From: Gammaproteobacteria bacterium
Lineage (GTDB): Bacteria; Pseudomonadota; Gammaproteobacteria; CAISUE01
DNA length: 64,000 nt
Assembly: GCA_021156105.1 (NCBI GenBank)
Contig: JAJNBD010000002.1
Coordinates: forward strand, 198,416-262,415
Direction: 5' to 3'
A program made the position numbers and the translations under genes. The notes beneath the pieces are model-generated. The model was not told where the DNA came from and did no database searches. It saw only the letters and a list, made by a program, of their open reading frames with translations. Below are positions 20,908-30,602 of this stretch, in pieces (within the stretch, counting starts at the first letter, position 1; each line of letters begins with the position of its first letter).

Positions 20908-22191
20908 ATGAATCAACAACAAAAAGAATGCCTCATGTTTTTCATGTTCCAATGCAACTGGCGTCCTTGGAGTGCAGCAACGATTGATAGGCTATCCGGG
21001 CTTTTTTTTGTAACCAACACAGGCTTGCTCCGGGAAATTGCTTTAGCTGAGAGATGTTTTTCCAAAGACCTCCCAACTCCATGGGGCCAAACGCTCCCTC
21101 GGTCAATAAAAGAATTATTAGAAAAGCATAATTTAGATGTCTTAGAAGCAACAAGACCAAAGAAGTTTCTTATTTCGCAAGCAGATGTCTTACTTAGTGA
21201 AAAGCAAAAAGTTATTTTACAAGGGATGCCTATTAGCTTAGCCCAACCCAAATATCAAGAATTACATTTAATTCTTAGCAAATTTTGCAAAGTCAAGCAG
21301 CACGTCATCACAGACTTTTTAATAGCGCGTTTAACGCAGACGAAAGACAATGAAGGCCAAGCGCATTCTAGCGATGCCCCTGATCTATACAAACATCTAG
21401 CTAATGCTATTCATCAATTATCTGATGGAAATAGTTTATTGGAAAAAATAACCTGGGCGCGCCTCAAAGAATTGAGGAGTTCATCGCTACATGCTTCAAT
21501 CCTTAAAAAAGTTCAAGCCGAAGCTGCAAAATATCCAGCCGAAAAAAATTCAAATAGCTACCCCATTAATGAATTCGCCATAAATCTTATCAACAGGCTA
21601 AAAAAATTTTACCAAGCTATGCTTGATACGATTTTGCAGAAACTATTTGCACCCCAGCAGTTAACATCCTCTTTAGCTGAAAGTTATGCTTGTCTTCGTT
21701 ACTCTGTCGCAGCGACAGAAGAATTGGGGCTTGGTAATCAATTACGCGCCTACGCCATTTACGGCATGGCAATTTGCTTAAGCAGAGTTAACTTGCTTGG
21801 GCCTGCCATAGCGCTCTTCGAAATCTTAATAGTAGATGAATCCTTAGACGCTGCTCTAAGAAAGAACATTAAAGATTTTTCTGATGAATTAAAAAAATCT
21901 GAAGTCACAGTTACTTATCAACGAGCGGCCCCTTTTTATGGAGCGCCATGGCTACCCTTATCTGCCCCAAGAGACAGTTCAACGTTTGGTGACACTTCTG
22001 ATCAAAGGATAGCCCCCGCCAAAGGATCAGCGTTTTCTCGTGTGCATGCAGGTTCAGTATTTCAGCCGGCAACAGGCCCATTATGTGGTTCTAAAAGAAC
22101 CCACGACGATGAACCTGGTGACTCGTCTGCAGCTAAACGCCAAGAACCGCCTCGTGATGCCTTCAGTATTGCAAGCCTAATGAATCTCTGA
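20908..22191 (+). CDS. Hypothetical protein (effector candidate)
   Basis: 427 aa; no recognisable domain; acidic, Pro-rich C-terminal tail ending ...FSIASLMNL. Confidence 0.5.
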   Translation: MNQQQKECLMFFMFQCNWRPWSAATIDRLSGLFFVTNTGLLREIALAERCFSKDLPTPWGQTLPRSIKELLEKHNLDVLEATRPKKFLISQADVLLSEKQKVILQGMPISLAQPKYQELHLILSKFCKVKQHVITDFLIARLTQTKDNEGQAHSSDAPDLYKHLANAIHQLSDGNSLLEKITWARLKELRSSSLHASILKKVQAEAAKYPAEKNSNSYPINEFAINLINRLKKFYQAMLDTILQKLFAPQQLTSSLAESYACLRYSVAATEELGLGNQLRAYAIYGMAICLSRVNLLGPAIALFEILIVDESLDAALRKNIKDFSDELKKSEVTVTYQRAAPFYGAPWLPLSAPRDSSTFGDTSDQRIAPAKGSAFSRVHAGSVFQPATGPLCGSKRTHDDEPGDSSAAKRQEPPRDAFSIASLMNL

Positions 22192-22203
22192 TCCCGGAGT
22201 GCC

Positions 22204-23394
22204 TTATCTTAGGGCTTGGCAAGTATTGGTCCGATTGCATCGCATTACTAGGGAAATTTTCACCATTAACAGCAGGCCTACGGATCCTAAAGCGAAATAA
22301 AAAACTCCTAATAAAAATTGATTTTGGTGAGGAATAGAATTTAACAGAAAATTTATTCCTGTGGAGATAGCAATTTGGCTGGCGCCATAAACTGCGCCGG
22401 CGGTGCCAATTTTTTCATGTACACTTGAAAATGCTACCGCTAAGGCATTAGGAAATAAAATTCCACAAGCTGTCATATTCACAAAAATAAGCGGGATCAA
22501 GAAAAAAAGTCGTGTTCCAAATAAAGTATATGTTAGCATCAGCAAAATGCCGCCTATAGCCAAAAGGATTACGCCACTACTCACTAATTTTTCAGGACTT
22601 ATTTCCTTCACCATTCTGCCACTTAAAAAAGCACCAAAAGAAAGGCCCAATGCTGCAATTAATAAGATTTCGCCATTTTGCATCGCTGATAACTTTAAGG
22701 TATTTTGAATAATAAAAGGCATGATGTTGGCGCATAGAATAATCGCCGAGAAGCTAAATCCAGCTATAGTTACATAACACATAAATAAGCGATGACTTAA
22801 AATTTTTCTATAGTGTAAAAAAGTTTCTCGTAAACTAAATGCGCTTTTCTTTTCAGCTAATGTTTCTTGAAAAACACTCAACAGTAAAATGAATAGCATA
22901 ACACCATAAAGCAACATAAAAACAAAACTTGCTCTAAAGCCAAAATACTGTTGCAAGAGCCCTCCTACAAACGGTGCAACTGCTGGTGTTGCCGAAATAA
23001 AAAAAGCTATCTGCGAAGATCGCTGCGCCAATAATGGCCCATGATAAAGATCTCGCAATATCACACGCGATAAAGATAACCCGCCCCCTACGCCTATACC
23101 TTGAATAATTCGCCCAAGACAAATTCCTTCAAATGACGCAGAAAAAAGACAAATTGCAGACCCTAACACAAAAAACGCTGTGCCTAGCATTAATAAAGGT
23201 TTTCGCCCATAGCTATCAGATAGCGGTCCATAAAACAATTGTGAAATCGCAAATCCCAATAAGAATAAACTAATGGTTAATTGCGTATGTGCCACAGATT
23301 GACCAAAAAAGTTTGCAATCGCTGGTAACGATGGTGCGAATAAATCGGTTCCCATTAAACTCATCACTGCCAATAAAATCACTACATAGAACAT
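22204..23394 (-). CDS. MFS efflux transporter (Bcr/CflA-like)
   Basis: 12 TM; probable start at MFYVVILLAV; divergent LysR neighbour. Confidence 0.7.
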   Translation of the reverse strand: MFYVVILLAVMSLMGTDLFAPSLPAIANFFGQSVAHTQLTISLFLLGFAISQLFYGPLSDSYGRKPLLMLGTAFFVLGSAICLFSASFEGICLGRIIQGIGVGGGLSLSRVILRDLYHGPLLAQRSSQIAFFISATPAVAPFVGGLLQQYFGFRASFVFMLLYGVMLFILLLSVFQETLAEKKSAFSLRETFLHYRKILSHRLFMCYVTIAGFSFSAIILCANIMPFIIQNTLKLSAMQNGEILLIAALGLSFGAFLSGRMVKEISPEKLVSSGVILLAIGGILLMLTYTLFGTRLFFLIPLIFVNMTACGILFPNALAVAFSSVHEKIGTAGAVYGASQIAISTGINFLLNSIPHQNQFLLGVFYFALGSVGLLLMVKISLVMRCNRTNTCQALR

Positions 23395-23505
23395 AAAATT
23401 TGTCCTCTTTATTATTTCCATAAAAATTATGGCATTGCTATACGTATAATACAAATCTATAGAAGTTATACTTAAAATAAGTTAAACTAATACAAAGGGG
23501 GTGGT

Positions 23506-24429
23506 ATGGATCTTTATCGAATTAATTTAAATTTACTGATCGCACTTGATCAACTGTTAACCGAAAAAAGCGTTACCAAAGCCGCGGAAAAACTTTCTAT
23601 CACACAAGCTGCGATGAGCAACAATCTGCAACAGTTAAGAGAGCTTTTTTCGGATGCACTATTAGTGCGTGAAAAGCATCACATGCTATTAACACCTTAT
23701 GCGCGCGAATTACACCCTAAGCTTCAACAAATCATTGAAGAAGTAAGAACATTAATTGTCAGTGGGCAACGTTTCTGTCCAGAAAAATCTGAGCGCGTTT
23801 TTAAAATTGGCGTGCCGGATTATATGGCGCCGCTCATCATGCCAAAGCTTTTAACTTATCTACATAAACGCGCCCCAGGTATTAAAATTGTATTGACTTC
23901 TATCCAGTATTTAGGAGAGTCTGAGCCCTTTGAAAAAGGTGATTATGATTTAGCAATTGGAAAATTATTCACGCACTCACCCTCTGTACAAACAACGCTT
24001 TTACTTAAAGATTCGTTAGTATGTATTTTGAATCCCAAACATACTTTAGCGAACAAGAAAAAACTTTCCTTAGAAGATTATATTCAAGCGGAACATATTG
24101 CAGTTTGCGCTGATAATCTACCTTTAACTGTCTCAATTGTTGAACAAGCTTTAGCGCAGTTAGGTATTGCTAGAAATGTTAAATTTTCACTGCCTTTTAT
24201 TATGCCTATATTCAAATTAATTGAAAAATCTACCACACTGCTAGGAACCGTGACCAAATCTATTGCAAATTTATATCGAAATGATAAACAATTTTTGATT
24301 AAGTCCTTACCTTTTTCAGTGCCAGAAGTAGAATTTTATCTTGCTTGGCACCAGCGATCTAACAATGATTTGGGACATCGCTGGTTGCGAGAGCTTATTC
24401 TTCAAACGGTGCTCCCTGAAACAAAATAA
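23506..24429 (+). CDS. LysR-family transcriptional regulator
   Basis: N-terminal HTH (LNLLIALDQLLTEKSVTKAAEKLSITQAAMSNNLQQLR) plus substrate-binding domain; divergent from the MFS gene. Confidence 0.85.
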   Translation: MDLYRINLNLLIALDQLLTEKSVTKAAEKLSITQAAMSNNLQQLRELFSDALLVREKHHMLLTPYARELHPKLQQIIEEVRTLIVSGQRFCPEKSERVFKIGVPDYMAPLIMPKLLTYLHKRAPGIKIVLTSIQYLGESEPFEKGDYDLAIGKLFTHSPSVQTTLLLKDSLVCILNPKHTLANKKKLSLEDYIQAEHIAVCADNLPLTVSIVEQALAQLGIARNVKFSLPFIMPIFKLIEKSTTLLGTVTKSIANLYRNDKQFLIKSLPFSVPEVEFYLAWHQRSNNDLGHRWLRELILQTVLPETK

Positions 24430-24606
24430 AAAAACATCTTACGTATGGCCTAATTTTGGCGTTAAAGCCTCTATACTAAATTCAAAAAGGGAATAGGGTA
24501 GAGCTAAATTTCAGAGTTACTATCTTATTTGAAATGACTGCCATGAGCCGACCTGGTTTTAGTAGGCGCTGAATTTGATAGGCTTAAAGATCAAAGGAGG
24601 TGTTAA

Positions 24607-24705
24607 ATGGCTTACAAAGCCACAAAAGAATTTAAACAAGAGGCAACCCGCCTTGCGTTTGTCCAAATAGCGATAAATTTTAAAAAGGGCACGTTCGCAT
24701 TTTAG
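24607..24705 (+). pseudogene. IS3-family transposase OrfA N-terminal stump (32 codons)
   Basis: Perfect SD (aaaggaggtgttaaATG), then MAYKATKEFKQEATRLA resembling the IS3 OrfA N-terminus; stop after 32 codons. Confidence 0.3.
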
Positions 24706-24752
24706 AATTGCGCACTTTACTAAAAATGATCGTCGATCATTTTTAGTAAAGC

Positions 24753-24930
24753 GGCGGAGAGAGAGGGGTGTGACTCGGCGCATCCTGCGCCTCGGGCGTT
24801 GCCCGCGCTGCGCGCGTCCAAATCGGCAATCCTGCCGCTTTGTCGAACCGATTGTTTTAGGATCGAGGGTTCGATGAAATAGCTGCTGCAGTTTATAAAA
24901 AAAGGGCCTTATGGGCCCCTTTTTTATAAA
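24753..24930. repeat. 180-bp tandem repeat unit A. Contains a copy of the tRNA-Ser 3' acceptor end (ggcggagagagaggg), a GC-rich segment, an inverted T-arm fragment and a terminator hairpin.
   Basis: About 98% identical to unit B (4 mismatches); period exactly 180 bp. Confidence 0.85.
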
Positions 24931-24932
24931 CT

Positions 24933-25110
24933 GGCGGAGAGAGAGGGATGTGACTCGGCGCATCCTGCGCCTCGGGCGTTGCCCGCGCTTCGCGCGTCCA
25001 AATCGGCAATCCTGCCGATTTGTCGAACCGATTGTTTTAGGATCGAGGGTTCGACGAAATAGCTGCTGCAGTTTATAAAAAAAGGGCCTTATGGGCCCCT
25101 TTTTTATAAA
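24933..25110. repeat. 180-bp tandem repeat unit B; abuts the genuine tRNA-Ser 3' end
   Basis: Direct comparison with unit A; the 17-nt tRNA 3' terminus occurs three times at 180-bp spacing (24753, 24933, 25113). Confidence 0.85.
25077..25105 (-). terminator. Bidirectional rho-independent terminator of tRNA-Ser (duplicate copy at 24897-24925)
   Basis: A7-gggcc-ttatg-ggccc-T6, 7 nt downstream of the tRNA 3' end. Confidence 0.7.
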
Positions 25111-25111
25111 C

Positions 25112-25204
25112 TGGCGGAGAGAGAGGGATTCGAACCCTCGATACGGGGGATTCCCGTATACACGAGTTCCAGTCGTGCTCCTTCAACCACTCGGACATCT
25201 CTCC
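25112..25204 (-). tRNA. tRNA-Ser (anticodon GGA)
   Basis: Manual fold: 7-bp acceptor GGAGAGA/TCTCTCC, anticodon stem CACGA/TCGTG with loop CTGGAAC, long variable arm, T-arm GAGGG-TTCGAAT-CCCTC, discriminator G plus CCA. Confidence 0.9.
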
Positions 25205-25273
25205 GCAACTACACTGTATGGCACAGAATAACATCTGGGCCTTCAACCATTATTCGCCGCATCCTGCGGCTCA
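25192..25273. repeat. 82-bp direct repeat copy 1 (tRNA-Ser 5' 13 nt plus upstream leader/promoter)
   Basis: Identical to 25337-25418; includes the hairpin GCCGCATCCTGCGGC. Confidence 0.8.
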
Positions 25274-25336
25274 CCCTTCGCTACGCTCAGGGCCGTTTGC
25301 TTTGCAAACGTTCAAAATCGCTCCTGGCGATTTTGG

Positions 25337-25418
25337 CGGACATCTCTCCGCAACTACACTGTATGGCACAGAATAACATCTGGGCCTTCAACCATTATTC
25401 GCCGCATCCTGCGGCTCA
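25337..25418. repeat. 82-bp direct repeat copy 2 (orphan tRNA 5' stump plus leader)
   Basis: Identical to 25192-25273. Confidence 0.8.
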
Positions 25419-25549
25419 ATTTTTGCTTTCTGCGATTTGCATGAATATGTCATGCTTTAATCTGAACGCGTAAGAGTACTGGGAATTTGCTTGCTTGTCA
25501 ATGCTAATTCGCTTAGAATGGGTCTTTCTTAATAATTTTAGAGGTTTGA

Positions 25550-25771
25550 ATGGCTAAAGAAGATGTCATTGAAATGGAAGGCGTTGTGACGGAGGCGCTG
25601 CCTAATACCATGTTTCGCGTCAAATTAGATAATGGTCACATTATTCTCTGCCATATGTCAGGCAAAATGCGCAAGAACTACATTCGAATTTTAGAAGGTG
25701 ATCGTGTAAAAGTTGAAATGACACCTTATGATTTGACAAAAGGTCGCATTACTTTCCGTGATAAGGCTTAA
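25550..25771 (+). CDS. infA: Translation initiation factor IF-1
   Basis: 73 aa, highly conserved S1-like IF-1 sequence. Confidence 0.95.
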   Translation: MAKEDVIEMEGVVTEALPNTMFRVKLDNGHIILCHMSGKMRKNYIRILEGDRVKVEMTPYDLTKGRITFRDKA

Positions 25772-25795
25772 AACAAGCGACTTAATAATAAAAAA

Positions 25796-25818
25796 CCCGC
25801 CAGATGGCGGGTTTTTTT
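25796..25818. terminator. Bidirectional terminator between infA and rpmA
   Basis: A7-cccgcc-agat-ggcggg-T7. Confidence 0.75.
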
Positions 25819-25834
25819 ATATCTTAAACAGCGA

Positions 25835-26098
25835 TTAAGCAACAACTTCTTCAATGCTAACGGTTTGACGAACTGGTTTGCCTTTTAAAGCAAATTTAAC
25901 CACGCCATCCACTAAAGCAAATAAAGTGTGGTCTTTACCTATGCCCACATTTTTGCCAGCGCGATATTTAGTACCACGTTGACGAACAAGAATGTTGCCA
26001 GCAAGTACTGCTTCATCACCAAACTTTTTAATGCCTAAGCGTTTTGACTGCGAATCGCGGCCGTTTTTCGTACTACCACCGGCTTTCTTATGTGCCAT
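25835..26098 (-). CDS. rpmA: 50S ribosomal protein L27
   Basis: 87 aa, conserved L27 N-terminus [16 protein letters not shown]. Confidence 0.95.
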   Translation of the reverse strand: MAHKKAGGSTKNGRDSQSKRLGIKKFGDEAVLAGNILVRQRGTKYRAGKNVGIGKDHTLFALVDGVVKFALKGKPVRQTVSIEEVVA

Positions 26099-26109
26099 GA
26101 GAGAACTCC

Positions 26110-26421
26110 TTAGCCAGCTTTAATGCTGGTAATTTTAACTTGAGTATAATATTGACGATGACCTTGCTGCTTGCGGTAGTGCTTGCGGCGACGGAATTTG
26201 ATAATTTTTACTTTATCAAGACGGTCTTGCGCGGTCACTTCACCAGAAACTGTTGCTTTCACTAATGGTGCGCCAACAGAAACTGTATCGCCATCAACTA
26301 ACATGAGAACTTTGTCAAAATTGACTTTAGCGCCAACTTCAGCAGGTAATTTTTCGATTCTTAAGGTATCACCTTCGGCGACTTTGTATTGTTTGCCACC
26401 GGTCACAATGACTGCGTACAT
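26110..26421 (-). CDS. rplU: 50S ribosomal protein L21
   Basis: [14 protein letters not shown] start, 103 aa; the ORF-track N-terminal extension is probably not translated. Confidence 0.9.
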   Translation of the reverse strand: MYAVIVTGGKQYKVAEGDTLRIEKLPAEVGAKVNFDKVLMLVDGDTVSVGAPLVKATVSGEVTAQDRLDKVKIIKFRRRKHYRKQQGHRQYYTQVKITSIKAG

Positions 26422-26601
26422 GGATTTTGCTCCGAACTTCTGACTAAAAAGACTCGAAATAATATCAGGTTTTTTAAAAAGCTGCAACTATTAAGCCGAT
26501 ATCTTCAGTAAAATTCATCAGGGGTTGTCTAAGGTGGGCAAACGCTTATTGGTTAAAAATAACAATAAGTTAATGGGGTTTAAGGTTGGCTATATATACC
26601 A

Positions 26602-26973
26602 TTATTTATGGCAAACCGCTTCAATGTTTCGCCCGTCGAAATCAATCACAAAGGCGCCATAATAATTTGGATGATACATTTCACGAACGCCGGGCTTGCC
26701 ATTATCTTTGCCGCCGGCCGCTAGTGCTGCTTGATAAAATTGCTCGACTGCTTCACGACTTGAGGCTGTAAACGCGAGATGAAGGGAAGTGGGTTCTTCG
26801 CTTTGGTGTATCCAAAAGCTTGCGATGGGTCCTTGAGGCTGATTTTTTAAACCAAAACCTGCAAAGCCATGGACTTCAACAAGTAATTCATAGCCTAAAG
26901 GCGCCAAAACGCTTTGGTAAAAGGTCTTTGCTTTTTTATAATCACTGACTTTAATGCCAATATGGTCAAGCAT
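26602..26973 (-). CDS. VOC/glyoxalase-family protein
   Basis: 123 aa, glyoxalase-like fold signature. Confidence 0.55.
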   Translation of the reverse strand: MLDHIGIKVSDYKKAKTFYQSVLAPLGYELLVEVHGFAGFGLKNQPQGPIASFWIHQSEEPTSLHLAFTASSREAVEQFYQAALAAGGKDNGKPGVREMYHPNYYGAFVIDFDGRNIEAVCHK

Positions 26974-27013
26974 AAAATATTCCTTGTGATAGACATTTAA
27001 CTATTCAAAGCAC

Positions 27014-27781
27014 TTAAGAGCTTAGCTTATACTGAACTGTCGTGACAAGCCGGACTTTTTTATTAATGGAGGCTTTTTCATTCTGAGCCGCTTGCCAGTC
27101 ATTGCCTGGGCTGGTGACACCAGCATCATCTTGGCTGGTAATTTCAAATATCCCTTGATTCGCTGAGTGGATGAGGCCAAGTTTGCTGTTAGAATCAAGT
27201 GCAAATTGTTTAGCAACTTCCCGTGCGCTCTTAGTGGCTTCTGCCAACATTACAGGTCGAATATTATTTAATTGGGTATAGAAATAAATTGGGTTGGGGC
27301 TGGCGCTATCATCGCCAGGACTTAGCACAACGCCTTGTTCTATTAAGCTACTGGTCAGTTGGCTGATTTGTCGAATATGCTGCACATTAGTTGAGCGTAC
27401 TTTAACGCCGCCTTTAATTAAAAAGCGGTGCGCTGGTTGAGAGTTTTGGTAAGGATTCGCTGATAAATCGGTGACTTTGATGGGCTGGATTTCAATTTCA
27501 TCAGGTCCAACTTTGTTGTTTTTCAGAAAAAGCAAAGCAAGACTTTTATCTCGAGAAATTTCATTATTAACATCGGCGAGAACATCACCGGTAGCAGTAT
27601 AATTGATATTCCAAACCGCAAGATCGGCTGTAACATCACGTTCTGCCAAGCCTTTAACGGTTACGAAATTGCCATCAACACGTGAGTGATAGATGTTTCG
27701 GCCGACATAGGCGCCCGCTAAGATAATGCCAACAGCTAAAATAAAGAAACACAAAATTGCATTGTTATCATTGAGATTCAT
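27014..27781 (-). CDS. SIMPL-domain (DUF541, bp26-like) periplasmic protein
   Basis: 255 aa; N-terminal TM/signal; C-terminal LAEATKSAREVAKQFALDSNSKLGLI resembles the SIMPL consensus. Confidence 0.55.
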   Translation of the reverse strand: MNLNDNNAILCFFILAVGIILAGAYVGRNIYHSRVDGNFVTVKGLAERDVTADLAVWNINYTATGDVLADVNNEISRDKSLALLFLKNNKVGPDEIEIQPIKVTDLSANPYQNSQPAHRFLIKGGVKVRSTNVQHIRQISQLTSSLIEQGVVLSPGDDSASPNPIYFYTQLNNIRPVMLAEATKSAREVAKQFALDSNSKLGLIHSANQGIFEITSQDDAGVTSPGNDWQAAQNEKASINKKVRLVTTVQYKLSS

Positions 27782-27975
27782 CAGAATTCCTCAAGTTTTT
27801 TTATAATATATATTAAAACAGCAGAAATAAAAATATGCCATGTGGGAAAAGCTATTTGCAATTTCAATGCCAAAGCTTTTGTCCATACTTTTTTCTACTG
27901 TGTTTGATCGATTATCAGATTTTTACACTGAACATTTGCTATACTTTAATCTAAATAACTTTTTTGAGATTCTGC

Positions 27976-28809
27976 ATGCAACTACTCAATTTTAAGATCG
28001 GTTTAAATCAACCTCTTTTTTTAATCGCCGGGCCTTGTGTTGTGGAAAGCGAACAATTGGCTATTGATTCTGCCGGACAGTTAAAAGAAATTACCAAAGA
28101 GCTAAATATTCCATTTATTTACAAGTCTTCTTATGACAAGGCTAATCGCTCTTCTTTGAAAAGCTTTCGCGGGCTTGGCATAGAAGAAGGTTTGCGGATT
28201 TTGCAAAAGGTGAAAGAGCAAATCGGTGTGCCAATACTTACCGATGTGCATGAAGATTCTCCATTAGCAGAAGTGGCTGCGGTGGCGGATGTCCTGCAAA
28301 CACCGGCTTTTTTATGCCGCCAAACAAATTTTATTTTAAACGTCATGAAACAAGGCTTGCCTGTGAATATCAAAAAAGGCCAGTTTTTAGCCCCCATTGA
28401 TATGATGAATGTGGTGGAAAAAGCACGAAGCTCGGGAAATGAGCAAGTTATGGTTTGTGAACGTGGTGTTAGCTTTGGTTATAACAATCTAGTAGTGGAC
28501 ATGCGCTCTCTAGCGATTATGCGCCAAACGGCATGCCCTGTGGTTTTTGATGCAACACATTCTGTGCAATTGCCAGGCGGCCTTGGTCATGCAACCGGTG
28601 GCCAGCGTGAATTTATTCCAGTATTAGCGCGTGCAGCTGTTGCTGCAGGCATTTCGGGTTTATTTATGGAAACTCATCCAGATCCAGACAAAGCCTTGAG
28701 CGATGGTCCTAACGCTTGGCCATTAGGACAAATGCGTGAGTTATTAGAAGTATTAAAAACGCTTGATGACGCTACCAAGCAAAGTGTAAATTTTAATAAT
28801 ACCCTATGA
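27976..28809 (+). CDS. kdsA: 3-deoxy-8-phosphooctulonate synthase
   Basis: [11 protein letters not shown] ... [11 protein letters not shown] motifs; 277 aa. Confidence 0.9.
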   Translation: MQLLNFKIGLNQPLFLIAGPCVVESEQLAIDSAGQLKEITKELNIPFIYKSSYDKANRSSLKSFRGLGIEEGLRILQKVKEQIGVPILTDVHEDSPLAEVAAVADVLQTPAFLCRQTNFILNVMKQGLPVNIKKGQFLAPIDMMNVVEKARSSGNEQVMVCERGVSFGYNNLVVDMRSLAIMRQTACPVVFDATHSVQLPGGLGHATGGQREFIPVLARAAVAAGISGLFMETHPDPDKALSDGPNAWPLGQMRELLEVLKTLDDATKQSVNFNNTL

Positions 28810-29405
28810 ACCTGATTACCATTATTAATTGGATTGGCACTTTAGCATTTGCAATTTCAGGCGCGTTTGTTGGAGTAAAAAAACGCTTTGATTTGTTAGG
28901 GATTATTGTGCTTGGCGCAGTAACGGCTGTAGGGGGCGGTGCCACGCGTGATATTATCGTGAGTCATATTCCCATGGTATTTCAAAATGAAGCCTTGCTA
29001 TGGGGAATCATTATTGTTAGTTCATTAACCATGTATTTTTCAGAAGGGTTAAAAAAGTTTGAACTTCTTTTAATTTACTGTGATGCGATGGGGTTGGCAC
29101 TATTTAGCGTGCTTGGTGCCCAGGTTGGTATTAGTGTACATTTTCACTTGTTAGGTGTTACATTTTTAGGCGCGCTCAGTGGTGCAGGTGGTGGCTTAAT
29201 TCGTGACTTGCTAAGTAATGAAGTGCCAGTTATCTTTTTACCGGGTGAAATTTATGCAACTGCCGCAGCCGCAGGCGCTGCAGTATTTTATCTTCTTTAT
29301 CCTTACTCTCCTGACTCAGCGCTATTGATTGGTGCTGGCGTAACTTTTGCTATTCGGATTATTAGCTTGCATCGTAAATGGTCGCTTCCAGCAGCAGGTT
29401 ATTAA
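28806..29405 (+). CDS. UPF0126/TRIC-type membrane protein (YadS-like)
   Basis: Two repeats of a [14 protein letters not shown] motif, 6-7 TM, 199 aa. Confidence 0.55.
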   Translation: MNLITIINWIGTLAFAISGAFVGVKKRFDLLGIIVLGAVTAVGGGATRDIIVSHIPMVFQNEALLWGIIIVSSLTMYFSEGLKKFELLLIYCDAMGLALFSVLGAQVGISVHFHLLGVTFLGALSGAGGGLIRDLLSNEVPVIFLPGEIYATAAAAGAAVFYLLYPYSPDSALLIGAGVTFAIRIISLHRKWSLPAAGY

Positions 29406-29406
29406 T

Positions 29407-30600
29407 ATGCAAGAAGTGAAACCTTCTTTTTATATTTTAGTAAAACGATTTACGCCAGATTGCTGGCTTATGCTGTTGCTTGTGTTTTTTATGAAAGCAG
29501 GGCAGTTTATGCTTTTGCCTTACCTTGCTTTATATCTCACTAGAACAACGCATGCGCCAGTGGATGTTGTTGGCGTGGTTGTTGGCATTGGTTCATTAGT
29601 CTATGGTTTACTTGGGCCATTTAATGGATATTTAATTGATAAATTTGGCCGCCGCCGCGTTATTATTACCAGTGTATTTTTTGCAGGATTAGTTTTTATA
29701 TTTTTCAATGTTGAGCGCACACTCACTTATTATTTTTGTATGAATATGCTAGTAGGTGTCACGCGCTCAGCTTTTGATACAGCTGCACGAAGTTACAAAA
29801 TTCATAGCATGGATTTAGAGCTAAGGCGTGTTTGGTTTAGCGTGCGCTTTGTTGTCAATAACGCTGCAGCAGGTTTAGGGCCTGTTGTTGGTATGTTTTT
29901 TATTCAAAAAAATGCTGATATTTTATTTGTCATTAATGGTTCCCTATTTGTTTTTCTTTCGTTAATTATTCTCTTTTATATGAAGCAAGTGGATGATTTT
30001 TCTGAAACGCTTGCTCCTCCAAGTATTCTGCAGGTTTTTAAGACAATGCTAAATGATATGAAATTATTCTGCATTGTGGTTGGGGCGACTTTAATGTGGC
30101 TCTGTTATGTCCAGCTAGATTCCATGTTTGGGATTTATTTAAACCAAAATTTTTCTAATGGACTTGAAATCCTGACCTGGACTTTTGTGGTTAATACGAT
30201 GGGTTGTATCTTGTTGCAAATCCCCATGGCAAGGTTTATGGCAAGGTTTTCTGAAAAATTACAGATAATAGCTGGGACGATCTTTTATATGTTGGGTTTT
30301 CTGATTATCCCCTTGGTGTCGCATATCTCTGCTTTATTATTTGCCTCTTTGTTGGTGGTATTTGGTGAAGTTATTTTGAGTCCTCTGGTTGATTTGTTAG
30401 TCTATAAACTTGCGCCAACGAATATGATGGGTAGTTATTATGGGGCGCTGGCGCTGAGCATGATAGGCGTGGGTTTGGCGCCTATGGTAGGCGGCGTATT
30501 TTATGAATACTTGAGTGCTAAAGCTTTATTTTTCTTTTGTGTGTTTTTATTTTTGCTGATGGGTTTGTTATTGCAACGAGGAATAAAAAAGGATATTTAG
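29407..30600 (+). CDS. MFS transporter
   Basis: About 12 TM; ATG at 29407 directly after the upstream stop. Confidence 0.6.
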   Translation: MQEVKPSFYILVKRFTPDCWLMLLLVFFMKAGQFMLLPYLALYLTRTTHAPVDVVGVVVGIGSLVYGLLGPFNGYLIDKFGRRRVIITSVFFAGLVFIFFNVERTLTYYFCMNMLVGVTRSAFDTAARSYKIHSMDLELRRVWFSVRFVVNNAAAGLGPVVGMFFIQKNADILFVINGSLFVFLSLIILFYMKQVDDFSETLAPPSILQVFKTMLNDMKLFCIVVGATLMWLCYVQLDSMFGIYLNQNFSNGLEILTWTFVVNTMGCILLQIPMARFMARFSEKLQIIAGTIFYMLGFLIIPLVSHISALLFASLLVVFGEVILSPLVDLLVYKLAPTNMMGSYYGALALSMIGVGLAPMVGGVFYEYLSAKALFFFCVFLFLLMGLLLQRGIKKDI

Positions 30601-30602
30601 AT

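Noticed and set aside
24559-24963. 134-aa minus-strand ORF spanning the tRNA-associated repeats
   Set aside because: Lies entirely within the 180-bp tandem repeats and terminator hairpins; Arg-rich translation typical of GC-rich noncoding DNA read out of frame
24753-25110. Possible CRISPR array
   Set aside because: Only two units, 180 bp long, with no unique spacers; they are tRNA-derived tandem repeats, not CRISPR
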